DNA from: Octopus bimaculoides
Lineage: Eukaryota
Reading direction: 5' to 3'
NCBI RefSeq assembly: GCF_001194135.2
Contig: NC_068985.1
Span: forward strand, 12,515,717 to 12,557,320
DNA: 41,604 bases
Part shown: positions 1 to 12,570 of the stretch, one piece after another
How positions within the stretch are numbered: position 1 is the stretch's first letter
Layout of the letters: each line of letters starts with the position of its first letter
Program-made: the position numbers and the translations under genes
The notes under the pieces: generated by a model
Databases searched by the model: none
Told to the model about the DNA's origin: nothing
What the model saw: only the letters and a program-made list of their open reading frames with translations

Positions 1-64
<64 letters not shown>
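1..64. repeat. (TG)n microsatellite, probably the internal repeat of the adjacent CORE-like SINE
   Basis: Pure TG run. It is followed directly by the SINE 3' half, as in the other copies. Confidence 0.95.
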
Positions 65-67
<3 letters not shown>

Positions 68-240
68 TCCTCTACCGCTTGCAAATCGACCAGCAATTTA
101 TCGATTCGGCAAAAGAGCCGGGTAGAATAAGTACCCAGCTTAAGCATAAGCAAAAAGGTGCAGTGATTCTTCTCACTATAATATTTCAAGGCATTGTCTG
201 AGCATCACCGTAGTCTAATGAGTAAAATATGTAAAACGTA
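65..240 (+). mobile_element. Diverged 3' half of CORE-like tRNA-SINE
   Basis: cggcaaaagag..gtagaataagtac...agcat..cgtagtctaatgagtaaaa matches the reverse complement of the better copy at 14220-14370. Confidence 0.6.
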
Positions 241-2074
241 ACAAAACAGGAAACGTTAGTCTACCAACAACTGCAATTTGCGCGACCAAGATAAAAATAA
301 TAAAAGCCCAGCATTGCATACAATTTGGTATAATCCTCGAAGAACATAGAACGGAGAAATCATTGTTTAAATCAGATTCATAAATATTGCTGAATAAAAT
401 CAAGCATATAATTGTCAACTGCGACTGAACGCGCTGGAAGAATTAGCCCTTTCAAATAATTGTTTTGCTGAATGATAATATATAACGTTTACTTCATAGC
501 AAATAGTTATTAATCAGACTATATAACTTTATCCTGTGATAATTTGTGATTTCTAAGTAGAGGAATAATTAATCATAATCTGCTTATATCCATAATAATT
601 GTCTCTCTGGAAATTGTCTTCCGAAAGATTTCGTGTAATAATCAAATCAAATGTCATAAGTACATAACCTTTGATGAAATACATATCGAAAGTTCGCACT
701 GCGATGTGTCTGTATCACACATGTACTTTTAAGCTATTGATTTATACTATACTTTCTTCGCTGCTTTCCAATCATCATATTGTATCATATACAAATATAC
801 TATTAACTAAATTGCGTTGCTCCAGGAGACATTTAACGATTTTCACTTCTAATTTGTTATTCGTGATACGAAAACAAATACTATTTCCTTTTTTCTTTCT
901 TAGTTGACAAGATATATATGCAATTAAATTATGGACTGAAGTACATTAATAGATAATATTGTCAAAGATAGCGGAACCAAAAACCGGATGTGTATTATAT
1001 TTCACTGCAAACAATAACGAAGTCATTGTTTCAATAATTTATATATATTTGAGGGTGTGAACCAAACACCGAATGAACGCAACTAATCATATCAGTAGCA
1101 AATATCTTATTGAAGGACAAATACATAGCTGCCTGTAGATATAAGGGCATTACGTTCAAACAGTACTGATTTCTGACTGTGATTCAGGCTCATATTTTAT
1201 TAATAATTTCCTTAGAGTCCCTTGCACTTTCCTTCGAAAGGTGCTTTAGTAAGCCAGTCACAGTAATAGTAATAGCATGAGGGTTATGCGCTGTAACAGC
1301 GCGTCACAACATCCACCATTTGCTGGTTCCCTACTTCTGCCAGACAACATCTTTGTACTAACCAGGCGCCAACCTTCCGACCCATTTGTCTGTTTAGGTA
1401 GTCGTTGCTGGTGAGGTTTTTATGAGGTGAAAGTAGAAATGCTACTTCCACCTCTTTTAATTAAATGTTACGACCAGCAGAGGAAACCTTGGGTTTCTTC
1501 TTTGATATGTCGCTCCTAACATAACACAATTACTCATCAACATTTGTAAGCTTAATAATCCAATACTGAATGTTAATTTGTCATCTCTCTGTTGAAGTGA
1601 CGTTGGTTTATGCTGCTACGCCTTTATAATACGGCAGGAGCTCATTTTTAGCACTTTAGATTATGCGAAATCTATTTCGTTCTCTATGATTTTGCAATTA
1701 TCTCCTTACGTCATTGCGTTAACATTTCCGTTTTGTATGTGTATCTCAGCCATCAGATATCTTTGATTTTTCGATACATCCCTTGTAGTATACATGCATT
1801 ATATTCTAATGACTTGCTGTCTAGTTGTTTATTGTAATGCTCATTGCTGTATACCATCTGAATAAGCACAGAAGCAATGTTTCCACACCTCCCACTCTAC
1901 CGATCAGTATTAGATGCCAATGCATTCCTTCAAACAAGATACAATTACGCTGGATTACTTTATACAAGACAACACTATATATTTAAAATACAAATTAGTA
2001 AATACCGTCAAAAATGCATCTACAAGACATGATGTACACGTGTCTTCGTGTCCGCGTTTGCCCGCACATAACCA

Positions 2075-2119
2075 TGTATTATTATTATTATTATTATCAT
2101 CATCATCATCATCATCATT

Positions 2120-2163
<44 letters not shown>

Positions 2164-2207
2164 TATTATTATTATTATTATCATTATTATTATTATTATT
2201 ATCATTA
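2075..2207. repeat. Compound (TAT)n/(CAT)n microsatellite
   Basis: Read directly. It explains the poly-S/L/H/Y/D/N ORFs at 1914-2278. Confidence 0.97.
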
Positions 2208-2268
2208 TTGAGAGAACGGCGCATGCCATGAAAGTGACACTGTGGTGTAAGTTGATTATCAACAAAGA

Positions 2269-2373
2269 TTAAAGGCAAATTCTGTCTCGGTGGAATTTGA
2301 ACTTAGAACTTAAAGACAGACGAAATAGCGCTAAGTATTTCGCCCGGCGTGCTAACGTTTCTGCCAGCTCACC
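2269..2373 (-). mobile_element. 5' part of Meta/MESC-like tRNA-SINE
   Basis: The reverse complement ggtgagctggcagaaacgttagcacgccgggcgaaa...aagttcaaattccaccgag matches the head of 37711 and contains a B-box-like GTTCAAATTCC. Confidence 0.85.
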
Positions 2374-3674
2374 TTATTACTTCATAAGTATTATTCCCTA
2401 CGGAGAATATTAACTTTGCTTTTCGCTTTGGTGAAAATTTGTCTGATTTCTTTTTACTAATTATGCTTTTGTCCAGTTTCGAAAGATTTATAACTGTGAC
2501 GGACGAAAATTTTAGACTAACGGAGACGACATTTGAACATCACCTGAAGAAACTCAACTGGATCTTATTATGCGAAGAAACAGTTGCATAATCAAATACC
2601 TGAATTTTTGGAGAACCACGTTGTGTGGAAACAATTGTAGTGATTAAAAAATAACTGTGCAACCGCACTCCTCGTTGTTGACTCCAATTACTTCAATTAT
2701 ATAGTATATGTATATATATACATATAGGAATCTAAAGATCCACTCATAAATATAATACATGTGGACTTTCTGCAGTATTAACTTTTAAGAATGTTAAAAG
2801 TTTTACGTCGCAAAATCTTAACTTGAAGGTTTCTGCTTCAGCACCATATTGTTTTCAAGTGAATAAATGTTTATTCTAAGCAGTAATGTATTCGTATCAA
2901 ATATACTTTCTCGAAAGGGCTTTGACATTGTATTCAATTATTTAGCATTAATTCGGTTTTATAGCAGATAACATTAATAGACCAGATGATAAAATAAAAA
3001 TCTTGAAGCCATTTAAAAGTTCTGTAAGCTAATGAATGTGGCGATGGTCTTCCTGAAAAAGACAATAACAGTAATATGAAGAAATAATGATGGCATAAAA
3101 TATTCACAACTTTTAAAAGCGCATTTCAATATTTTACATTAGAAGTACTAGAAAATTTCAGCTTAATAACATTCATACTTTAGAAATAAGATATTAAGTT
3201 AATTTTACAGAATACTATAGTGTTTGAAAATAAAATGAGAAATCGCCGTATTTATGCTATATATTTTTTTCATATTTTGTGTGGGTGTGCATTGGAAATT
3301 AATTCCAAGAAAAATAGAATTTTCCTATTTTTTCCTGATTAGAAGGCAGGAATTGAAAATAACAATTGAAATATTAATCAAGAAATATTACATTTAAAAA
3401 AAATATGATGGCGAGGAATAGCAGTAAAATGCGTATGTGGTAAGTAGACATGAGAAAAATTCTGCAATGACAGGAAATAGAATGTGACGTAAGAATATAA
3501 AGTTAATGCAGATGGGATTTAGGAGATAAAATTTAAAGTGATCCATCATGATACTGATTGTAATTTCAAAGAACGTTCAATAAAATAGGAAAAAGTATAA
3601 AACTTGTACTTATGGGGATAAAAAAATGACATTAATGCATTCTTTATACATTTAGCACTGAACACACGCTTATA

Positions 3675-3966
3675 NNNNNNNNNNNNNNNNNNNNNNNNNN
3701 NNNNNNNNNNNNNNNNNNNNNNNNNNNNNNNNNNNNNNNNNNNNNNNNNNNNNNNNNNNNNNNNNNNNNNNNNNNNNNNNNNNNNNNNNNNNNNNNNNNN
3801 NNNNNNNNNNNNNNNNNNNNNNNNNNNNNNNNNNNNNNNNNNNNNNNNNNNNNNNNNNNNNNNNNNNNNNNNNNNNNNNNNNNNNNNNNNNNNNNNNNNN
3901 NNNNNNNNNNNNNNNNNNNNNNNNNNNNNNNNNNNNNNNNNNNNNNNNNNNNNNNNNNNNNNNNNN
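3675..3966. other. Assembly gap (N run). Other gaps: 9102-9827, 14547-14980, 15653-15687, 16213-16842, 25186-25327, 29550-30231, 33053-33792, 38929-39501, 39846-40266
   Basis: N runs, most of them flanked by (TA)n. Confidence 1.
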
Positions 3967-4084
3967 GAGTATGTGTAATTATAATTATATTCAGAAGCTC
4001 ATATGGAAAAGACAATACTAAAATTATATATATATAGATATGTATAAATATATATAAATCAATGCACACACGCGCGCACACTCT

Positions 4085-4085
<1 letters not shown>

Positions 4086-4130
<45 letters not shown>
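4086..4130. repeat. (CA)n microsatellite
   Basis: Read directly. Confidence 0.95.
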
Positions 4131-4136
<6 letters not shown>

Positions 4137-4559
4137 ACCTGGAAAAATTACGGAAAGCTTTCATATGCTGAACATCAGCATAAATCGTATCCTGATCAGT
4201 TAAACGTGACTCTTTTCCTCCTGGTGGAACCCCTTGTAGACACCATAGAGAGAAAAACGTATACTCCAAAACCTTTCCCAAAACAATTTTCTTCGAACTA
4301 ACACAGAAAGAGCGAATAATCCCTACGTTTAAAATACTACAAAGCAATTATGCCCGGAGATCAATTTATCAACAAAAGATATAGATGCGAATATTGGTCC
4401 GTGGGGCTCATGAAAACCTGGTACAAGAAACGCTCTCATTCCAAGAACATGGATTAGGTGCGTTTCAATAAGTTAACGCTAAACAGACGGATACATCTCC
4501 CAGTGGCAACGCCCAATCTGTTCATGCTTCAATGATAGCAAAGCAAACTTTACATCGGT

Positions 4560-5865
4560 CGGTCGTCACCCAGATGAGCAAGGACTGAGGCGCCCAGTGA
4601 GGACCAAACTTGGGCTAAAAAATCAGTTACTGATTCAAATCTTCCTAAATTCAGAAACTGGTAGCACCCCACATCCGGAATATTCCGACTGATGGCTGTC
4701 TAAGCTCATCATCAAATAATTAAATGAAAAGGAAGAAAAGTTGGTCCAGTGAAGATAATAAAGAAGTTCCTAAGGATTTCTATCGTACCATGTATTTCTT
4801 CACGAGTAAATCCGACACTGAACAACCCTCCCTAAACTGAAGAGAGAAGCATATTTAAGTAAGATCCTACACAGATAGTAACAAACTTGCCAACGTCACA
4901 AGAAACATTATAAAAAGGAAATTACTTACTGCATTGGAGATTGACCAGATTATGCACTCAGTAAAGGATAAAAGGAACAACTATGTAGCTAAACGTGATA
5001 CGAATCTAGACATAATTACAAACGAACGCAGGTGTGATGCAAACACGGTAATGTTAGAAACAGCCAATACAACTGATAAGCAAAGTGAAATACGTTCTGA
5101 ACCAACCGTAAATATCAAGGAAGATCAAAAATCATGTAGATGAAGAAAGCCACACAGAAATTAAGCCAACTGAACTAGATCTAAAAAATAAAACAAAACA
5201 CAAATCATGATTCAATGGCTAATAATTAAGGAAACCAGTATAGATGAACGTGACACGCTCTCAAACATTCGCAACTCTAACCAGAACACGAAAGTAATTG
5301 GTAAAAGCCGTGTTTCACTTAAATATATAATTTCAGCTGATGACGTTTATGAACTGGAAAGGCATGGTACAATTATCAAGTCGAAAGAGTACTGGAGTCG
5401 GAGAAGTGTAAGATTTTGAGAAACTTCCCAGTTCAAATTAACAAGAAATTAGAAAATCATAGACCAAACTTAATTATAGATAAGGTAAAGCAAACTTACT
5501 TACTTATCGATCCAGCATGCACGTTTGGTTCCAGGATCGTAAAGAAAGAAAGAAAAACAAAACAAAAAAATACAATGAGTTAAAATTTAAAATAGGAACA
5601 ATTTTGGAGCTTGCGAAAAGGAAAGGTCGTACCTACAATAATTGGTGCGGTGGGAAAAATAAGCAAAAATTTTGAAAACATGGATGAAGCAGATTGAAAT
5701 AGAAAGCCCAGCAGAGCTCCTCCAGAACGTTTGTCACTTAGGGACAGCATAAATTATCGCGAAGGTTCTAAGCACTTGCAAAACTGCTGAAAACTTGTGG
5801 TTACTAAGGTTACAGGTGCCCACAAAAAACAAAGCAAGGGTAAGACCAAACCTAAGCCAAACCAA

Positions 5866-5867
<2 letters not shown>
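4560..5867 (+). mobile_element. R4/Dong-like (RLE) LINE relic: N-terminal region fused to the RLE endonuclease and 3' end, RT missing
   Basis: Frame from 4724 reads MKRKKSWSSEDNKEV...DSNKLANVTRNIIKRKLLTALEIDQI, typical of the N-terminus. From 5359 it reads KAWYNYQVERVLESEKCKILRNFPVQINKKLENHRPNLIIDKVKQTYLLIDPACTFGSRIVKKE (decayed PD..D RLE motif), then VVPTIIGAVGKISKNF...LGTA*IIAKVL, followed by an (AAT)n tail. The 5' boundary is approximate. Confidence 0.85.
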
Positions 5868-5940
<73 letters not shown>

Positions 5941-5948
5941 TAATAATA

Positions 5949-6012
<64 letters not shown>
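5868..6012. repeat. (AAT)n microsatellite / LINE tail
   Basis: Read directly. Confidence 0.97.
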
Positions 6013-6160
6013 GATATCTTGCAAAAGTCAGCGTCAGTTTGAACTGCATGCATATTACCTGTCTGAGGTCCTTGATGCAACTTGAAAAACAGTACAAACC
6101 TCCCGGTAGGCAGAATATCTTCGATCAACAACGTCACGATATTGTATACTATGCGACGTC
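6013..6160 (+). mobile_element. 5'-truncated 3' stub of an RLE-type LINE
   Basis: DILQKSASV*TACIL resembles the RLE C-terminal LQKSALLGTARIL. A 3' UTR follows, then (AAT)n. Confidence 0.6.
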
Positions 6161-6179
6161 TATAATAATAATAATAATA

Positions 6180-6218
<39 letters not shown>
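6161..6218. repeat. (AAT)n(GAT)n microsatellite
   Basis: Read directly. Confidence 0.95.
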
Positions 6219-6219
6219 T

Positions 6220-7550
6220 TTTCATTTTTTGTCAGAAGTGCAAAGGATGAGGGGGAAGAATACAGAGACAAACATAAAGTGTGGGGATTTAGATATAATA
6301 ATGAACTGATAAAAAAAGTAAAAATGTAAAGTATACACGGTATATACTGAAAAAAGGAATGGCATATGCGTAGTATACAGAGGTAAACAGAAAAAAAACA
6401 GGGGATGATAGAGATGCGGCCCTCTTAATAAATTAAGGATTCTTGGGATAACTGGGGAACCCCATTATCCGAGATTTCCCTGAAACCCTAGGATCAGATA
6501 TCCTCTCCAATTCCTTCTCTGCGACGTACAGGTCTACTCTTATACCATTCATTTATGCAGCTTTCACCCACCTTTCAATAAACTCATTCGAGAACAGCAT
6601 TTCTCTCTCCACTCTCAATTTCCTTTTCAAGTGTGACTTGAAAAAGTCAATGTGCTCTCTGCCAAAGAAGAATGCATCTGTCCACGTGCATTTCAATCTT
6701 GTCCACGAAACAACCTTTTCACCACAGCAATCAGGTTAAGGAAAACTACCTTGCTCGCACAATTGAAGGAGTGTGGCGGTGCAAACTTCCCTACCGACTC
6801 GGCTGACAGAAGGATCCGTTCCACACGTGACAGCAGCTTTTCGACATAACACCACATGTCAGCAATACCCGCGCAATGCACGCACCTCGGACAAGTCCAT
6901 CTCACACCACATCCGTGCCTGTAGAGCTTGTCTCGAACCGGTAGCTCTTCCCGGTAGCACAAGCAGGCGCTGACATCTGTAAATTATCCTTGATAGTTCA
7001 CGACCGGAATGCCCTCCGCAAAAGACTAGCCATTTCGTTCTCGTTGGCGCCCAGTGTTTCTCCAAAAACGTCTACGCACTTCCTTGTGAAATTATTGAGC
7101 AGATAAAAGAACAGTGGTTAATTATCTGGTGCGAAGTGCGTTGTGCATGTTAACTTGGTGGGCGCCGACATAGCCGATTTCTAAAGCGGAACATCCGCTG
7201 GTCCCATTTCCCGACTGGTATAGGGCTGTGAGCGCTTGACGGCATTCTAGGTGCCATGCCCCCAGTATTGGTCTTTTCAACACCCAGCACTGCAGCTCAG
7301 TCAAAGAGACGAGCTGCGGAATGATCAGCCTCACAAACGGAGCTCACACACGCTCCTCACCGTCCAGAATTCGTTGCCGGTAGCATAACTTAAGCGCGTG
7401 TCTGCTCATTAAGAGCCAGGGTGTACCTAATCCGTCACTCAGAGCATGCGGGCAACAGACTGACGGCCTGACAATTAGAACGTGTCCCTTCCACAATAAT
7501 TTAAATAAGATACGCTCCAGCTTGGTCAAGCAGTATCCGGGAAGTACAAG
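6220..7550 (-). mobile_element. L1/Tx1-clade LINE, 3' fragment of ORF2 (post-RT region and zinc knuckle) plus 3' UTR
   Basis: LTKLERILFKLLWKG...CC.H...GLG.PWL (GGLG-type motif), PQLVSLTELQ.W..RP..GAWHLECRQAL, and CYREELPVRDKLYRHG...TCPRC (C-terminal Cys knuckle). The segment is GC-rich and frameshifted. Confidence 0.85.
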
Positions 7551-7561
7551 CCCTCAAATTT

Positions 7562-7727
7562 GTGTGGAAGGGACTAGTTGATTATATCGACCCCAGTGCG
7601 CAACTGGTACTTAATTTATCGACCCCAAAAGACGACCTAGGCGGAATTTGATTTCAGGATGTAATGACAAACGAAATTTCGCTAAGTATTTTGCCCGGCG
7701 TGCTAACGTTTCTGCCAGCCCACCGCA
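7562..7727 (-). mobile_element. Meta/MESC-like tRNA-SINE with an internal deletion
   Basis: The reverse complement has the head gcggtgggctggcagaaacgttagcacgccggg and the core ggggtcgataaattaagtaccagtt. Confidence 0.85.
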
Positions 7728-7769
7728 TTAATAATAATAATATTCATTTCGACTAAAGGAAGAAGACTT

Positions 7770-7870
7770 GAAATTTGAGAGAGAGGCTAATTGATTACAT
7801 CGACCCCGGTGCGTGAATGGTATTCAGTTTGTCGACCCGGAAAGGATGAAAGGCAAAGTCGACCTCTGCG
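7770..7870 (-). mobile_element. Meta/MESC-like SINE core fragment
   Basis: Reverse complement gaggtcgactttgcctttcatcctttccgggtcgac...ggggtcgatgtaatc. Confidence 0.8.
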
Positions 7871-7899
7871 CAATCGACCACTCACAACATAGTGACGTA

Positions 7900-8150
7900 A
7901 TGTCGTATTCAAGAGCAGCCAAGAAAGTCAACCACTTGTTATTCATGGATGACTTCAAACTTCATGGCTAGGATGAATCCCAAGTCAGTTCCCTCCGTGA
8001 TACGGTTTATATTTCCAATGTTGATATCAGAAAGGAGTTCCGACTAAAACGTGTGGTGTGTTAGTCTTGAAGGCAGGCAAAATCAAATGTATGGACGGGC
8101 TAGCGATACCATCGGGGAAGGTTATGGAGAAGATAGAAGGACAGTGGTTC
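7900..8150 (+). mobile_element. R4/Dong-like LINE reverse transcriptase fragment
   Basis: KKVNHLLFMDDFKLHG*DESQVSSLRDTVYISNVDIRKEF..GVLVLKAGKIKCMDGLAIPSGKVMEKIEG, containing the catalytic FMDD motif. Confidence 0.85.
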
Positions 8151-8309
8151 ATTATGTGTATATATATATATATATATATGCATATATATATATATACACA
8201 CATGTTTGTGTGTACAAATTATGTAGTTGATTCTCATTAACTTTTTCTCCTACATTTTCGTGGCTCTCAATCAGTCTTCTTACACCTATCTATTCGAGCA
8301 TGTACATAC

Positions 8310-8342
<33 letters not shown>

Positions 8343-8368
8343 TGTATGTATGTATGTATGTATGTATC
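8310..8368. repeat. (TATG)n microsatellite
   Basis: Read directly. Confidence 0.95.
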
Positions 8369-9064
8369 TATGCACAGTGCGGTTATTTCTGTGCGTGCGT
8401 GTGTGACTACCTGTATGGCAGTGTACGTGAGCGTGAGTGTGGCGGTGCCTATTTGGTACACGTATGTGTACATGCGTATGTGCGTTCGTCTGTCTATGTG
8501 TGATTGTGCGGATGTCTTCACTGCATCTTCATATAATATATACAAACAACTACTACAACTCCAAAAGGTTACTGATGGACTAGCTACGTTGTACAACAGA
8601 AGAGTGAGTGCTAACCTGGAATTCCAATCATCAGGATAGATGGCAACATCTCAAAATATTTCTTGCATTATAGGAAGTAAACACGTAAAATAAAATATAC
8701 AGAAAAAGAAGGTTTTTGCTCTTTGGATATCTCTCCATTTCGTATGTTTATTACACGTCCAGGAATGATAATGGAGCATAGCTTCTAATTGCAGCTTATA
8801 TTACTAGTCTGCTTGTACTAGTTTGCTTGTAAATACCGCGCCGCTCCACCTTTGCCAATATGCTGGATGTATAATCTTTAAAACTTGTTTTCTAATTGTT
8901 ACGCTTTGTTTATGCGGTCTTGAAATAACCAAATGTTAGATGGCTAAAATTCTTTAGATTGTTATTGCATCGCCTGTTATTTCGATTTTCTTCATTCTTT
9001 TCATTTTTTGCATAATTACAGGTTTTTCTGTTGTCTCTTTTACCCTTTTAAACACATTTCTCAT

Positions 9065-9101
<37 letters not shown>

Positions 9102-10673
9102 NNNNNNNNNNNNNNNNNNNNNNNNNNNNNNNNNNNNNNNNNNNNNNNNNNNNNNNNNNNNNNNNNNNNNNNNNNNNNNNNNNNNNNNNNNNNNNNNNNN
9201 NNNNNNNNNNNNNNNNNNNNNNNNNNNNNNNNNNNNNNNNNNNNNNNNNNNNNNNNNNNNNNNNNNNNNNNNNNNNNNNNNNNNNNNNNNNNNNNNNNNN
9301 NNNNNNNNNNNNNNNNNNNNNNNNNNNNNNNNNNNNNNNNNNNNNNNNNNNNNNNNNNNNNNNNNNNNNNNNNNNNNNNNNNNNNNNNNNNNNNNNNNNN
9401 NNNNNNNNNNNNNNNNNNNNNNNNNNNNNNNNNNNNNNNNNNNNNNNNNNNNNNNNNNNNNNNNNNNNNNNNNNNNNNNNNNNNNNNNNNNNNNNNNNNN
9501 NNNNNNNNNNNNNNNNNNNNNNNNNNNNNNNNNNNNNNNNNNNNNNNNNNNNNNNNNNNNNNNNNNNNNNNNNNNNNNNNNNNNNNNNNNNNNNNNNNNN
9601 NNNNNNNNNNNNNNNNNNNNNNNNNNNNNNNNNNNNNNNNNNNNNNNNNNNNNNNNNNNNNNNNNNNNNNNNNNNNNNNNNNNNNNNNNNNNNNNNNNNN
9701 NNNNNNNNNNNNNNNNNNNNNNNNNNNNNNNNNNNNNNNNNNNNNNNNNNNNNNNNNNNNNNNNNNNNNNNNNNNNNNNNNNNNNNNNNNNNNNNNNNNN
9801 NNNNNNNNNNNNNNNNNNNNNNNNNATATATATATATATATATACATATATTTCCATGTTATCCTGGCTTTCATTTTTAAAAATAGCGTAATGATATTTG
9901 AAAAAAATACCTTTACAATGACCTTGTACATTCTTGTGCACTAAAGGTTAGTCGTCAGTATAATACACATTCCTAAAGACACCAGGGACATAAGTGATGT
10001 GAAATGGTTCGGATATACAATAAATTCTGCCAAGCAATTACGAGGCTTGGGAATTAAAAAAAAAAATTTTTTCTGCAATCTGGTGCATGGCAAGCATACA
10101 TTTACTTTTGCTAATAAGATTTAGCAGCTGGTTACGTAGGGAATCTAATAAAACATCTTATCTCATCTTATTACTCGTATTTCTTTTATGTTTTGGCAGT
10201 AGTATAACATGTTATGTTTTGGCAGAAACATTAGAGCTTCGGACATATTTCGAAATTGTATTTGTCCTGCTCTTTACATTCTTATTTTAAAACCAAATGA
10301 AGTTCGGTTATGTTATCACCCGCCAGAGTTCGATAAAATACATTACCAGTAACTTAGTAGCCTTGATATAATAGACTAAACTCTCACTTTAGTCTCGCGG
10401 CTTTGTGCATGTTTCAAATTGCTTTTAGTGATCTTTGAAACATGAAACAAATTATGATATTATGGGTCGACGTTAAACTTCTACCAGCATGAAACCCACA
10501 AAAGGCACCTAACTCCCACGCGGTGGTTTTCAAAATGGACAAAAGATTAAAGTCTAGGAATTGTTAAATATAAATGTTTCTCATCATTATACGAGGCTTC
10601 ATAATTAATTTCCACCAACGCTTATTCCATTTTTGAAATACGACACATATCAAACTTCTTCTAGCGTATTCGC

Positions 10674-11702
10674 TCTCTCTTATGGTAAAATGGTGTAAAA
10701 ACACCCAGTTTGATGTTTCGAGTTTATTGACTCTTGTCGATGAGCTGTACTTAAAAGAAGCAACTCCGAACTTGTAGCTTTATATATAATTCAGCCAACA
10801 CGTTGACGGATTTGCGCTAGTAGATAGCTCGATGGAGATCAATAACTCATGGCGCAAGCAATGTTTACATATAATCACAATTTAGGTTTGTTGAAATATG
10901 TTTATCACATATTTCAAGTGTTAAAGGCAAATACACTGCAGTTACCGTGGAAAAAAATCTCTCGTGGTAAAATAGTGTAAAAAGACCCACTTCGTTCAAT
11001 GTCGCCATCTCGCAGGAATCTCAGAAATCGATGTTTCGAGTTTATTGACTCTTCTCGATGAGATGTACTTAAAAGAGGCAACTCCGAACAAACAAAATAA
11101 AGCTTGTAGTTTTATATATACTTCGTTCAACACGTTGACTGATTTTCGCTCCTAGGTCGCCCGATCGAGATAAATAACGAAGTAATGGCGCAAGCGGTCA
11201 GAGCCAATAATCTCGAAACATCGATATCTGAGATTCCCGCGACACTGAACGAACTGGCTGTTTTCACACCTTTTTATCATAAGATTTTCTCCACGGTAAC
11301 CGTAGTAAATTTGCCTTCAGCATTTGAAATATGAAACAAACATATTTCAACTAACCTAAATTGTGATTATACAGAAACACTGTTTGCGCAATTACTTCGT
11401 TATTTATCTCGATCGGGAGATCTACTAGCGCAAATTAGTCAACGTGATAGCCGAATTATATATAAAGCTATAAGCTTTATATATAAAGTTCTTTCAAATT
11501 TTAGTTCGTTTGAATTTGCCTCTCTTGGATACATCTCATCGACAAGAGTCAATAAAATCGAAACATCGACGTCTTAGATTACCGAGAGATGGCGACATTG
11601 AACGAATTGGATGTTTTCACACCTTTTTATTATGAGAGATATTTCTCCACGGTAACTGCAGTGTATTTGCCTTTAGCAGTAGAAATACGTGACAAACATA
11701 TT
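10674..11702. repeat. Tandem array of a ~335-bp unit with an internal orientation switch (foldback-like)
   Basis: Forward copies at about 10676-10958 and 10959-11195, reverse copies at about 11211-11702. Example: gatgtttcgagtttattgactctt versus aagagtcaataaaatcgaaacatc. Confidence 0.85.
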
Positions 11703-12161
11703 TGATGATGATGATGATATACTACAAGAAAACATAAATTAAAGCAAATGCGAAATGAATGATTCTTTTTAATAGCATATATTATACAAATCTTATATCA
11801 AGCACACAGTTTTACACTCAGGATAACTAATCCAGACTTACAACGTTTACTGTATATATTTATTATCAAACAAGAAACCAGCTTTTACCATCTACTGCCC
11901 CTCCACCCACGCTACATATGAGTCATACCCGTTCTCATAAATGCATTCTGCTTTATCTCGTCAAACTCATTTCGATCATATAACATTTTACATGTCAAAC
12001 GCTAATCCAATTAGAAGAAACAGCTAATTAACAGTACATATAACTCTTAAACACCAAATTGAGGCATAAAACACTAATGGCGGCAAGTAAGGTAAACTTC
12101 GAAGTAAGTGAGAACAATCTTCGTATAAAATTAAAATTTCAAACTACTAATTAATACTGTA

Positions 12162-12472
12162 TGAAAGCGCAATGGTCCAGTGGTTAGAGCAGCGGACTCG
12201 CAGTCAGAGGATTGTAGTTTCAATTCCCAGACTGAATGTTGTGTGTGTTTATTGAGCGAAAACGCCTAAAGCACCACGAGGCTCCGGCAGGGTGTGGTGG
12301 TGACCCCTGTTGCACTCTTTCGCCCCAACTTTCTCTCAATCTTTCTTCCTGTTTCTTGAGTAAAGCTGCGATGGACTGGCGTCCCGTCCAGCTGGGGGGA
12401 AACACATGCGCCATAGAAACCGGGAAACCGGGCCCATAAGACTGGCTATGCTTTAAAAAGGGCGCATATAAA
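12162..12472 (+). mobile_element. tRNA-derived SINE with a V-domain-like core
   Basis: A box TGGTCCAGTGG, B-box-like GTTTCAATTCC, V-SINE-like ctgcgatggactggcgtcccgtccag, and a 14-bp TSD taattaat(a/g)ctgta at 12148-12161 and 12473-12486. Confidence 0.85.
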
Positions 12473-12570
12473 TAATTAATGCTGTAGAGTTTTGATGGCT
12501 TATTGACTTTCCTTACATAACTTTACATAAAAGAAAATCATGAATATATTATCATTATTTATGTATATAT

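Noticed and set aside
1150-1520. Minus-strand peptides HIKEETQGFLC, LTSNDYLNRQ and KYEPESQSE resembling an R4/Dong knuckle region
   Set aside because: The motifs are short, in different frames and wrongly spaced. They are too decayed to call without a profile search.
1914-2278. ORFs with poly-His, Ser, Asp, Asn, Ile or Met runs (also 5734-6329 and 18271-18615)
   Set aside because: They are translations of trinucleotide microsatellites in all frames.
2540-2595. ctgaaga...gaaacagttgc hammerhead-like remnant
   Set aside because: No stem I or II pairing, and U16.1 is absent.
5336-5362. CTGATGA...GAAA at the LINE deletion junction
   Set aside because: Stem II is out of register and there is no stem III or cleavage triplet. 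Likely chance.
8954-9941. Long ORFs spanning N gaps (also near 14.3-15.1, 16.1-16.9, 29.4-30.4, 33.0-34.0 and 38.8-40.4 kb)
   Set aside because: They are artefacts of X read-through and (TA)n.
12167-12240. tRNA gene suggested by A and B boxes (also the other SINE heads)
   Set aside because: No cloverleaf or acceptor stem. These are tRNA-derived SINE heads with TSDs.
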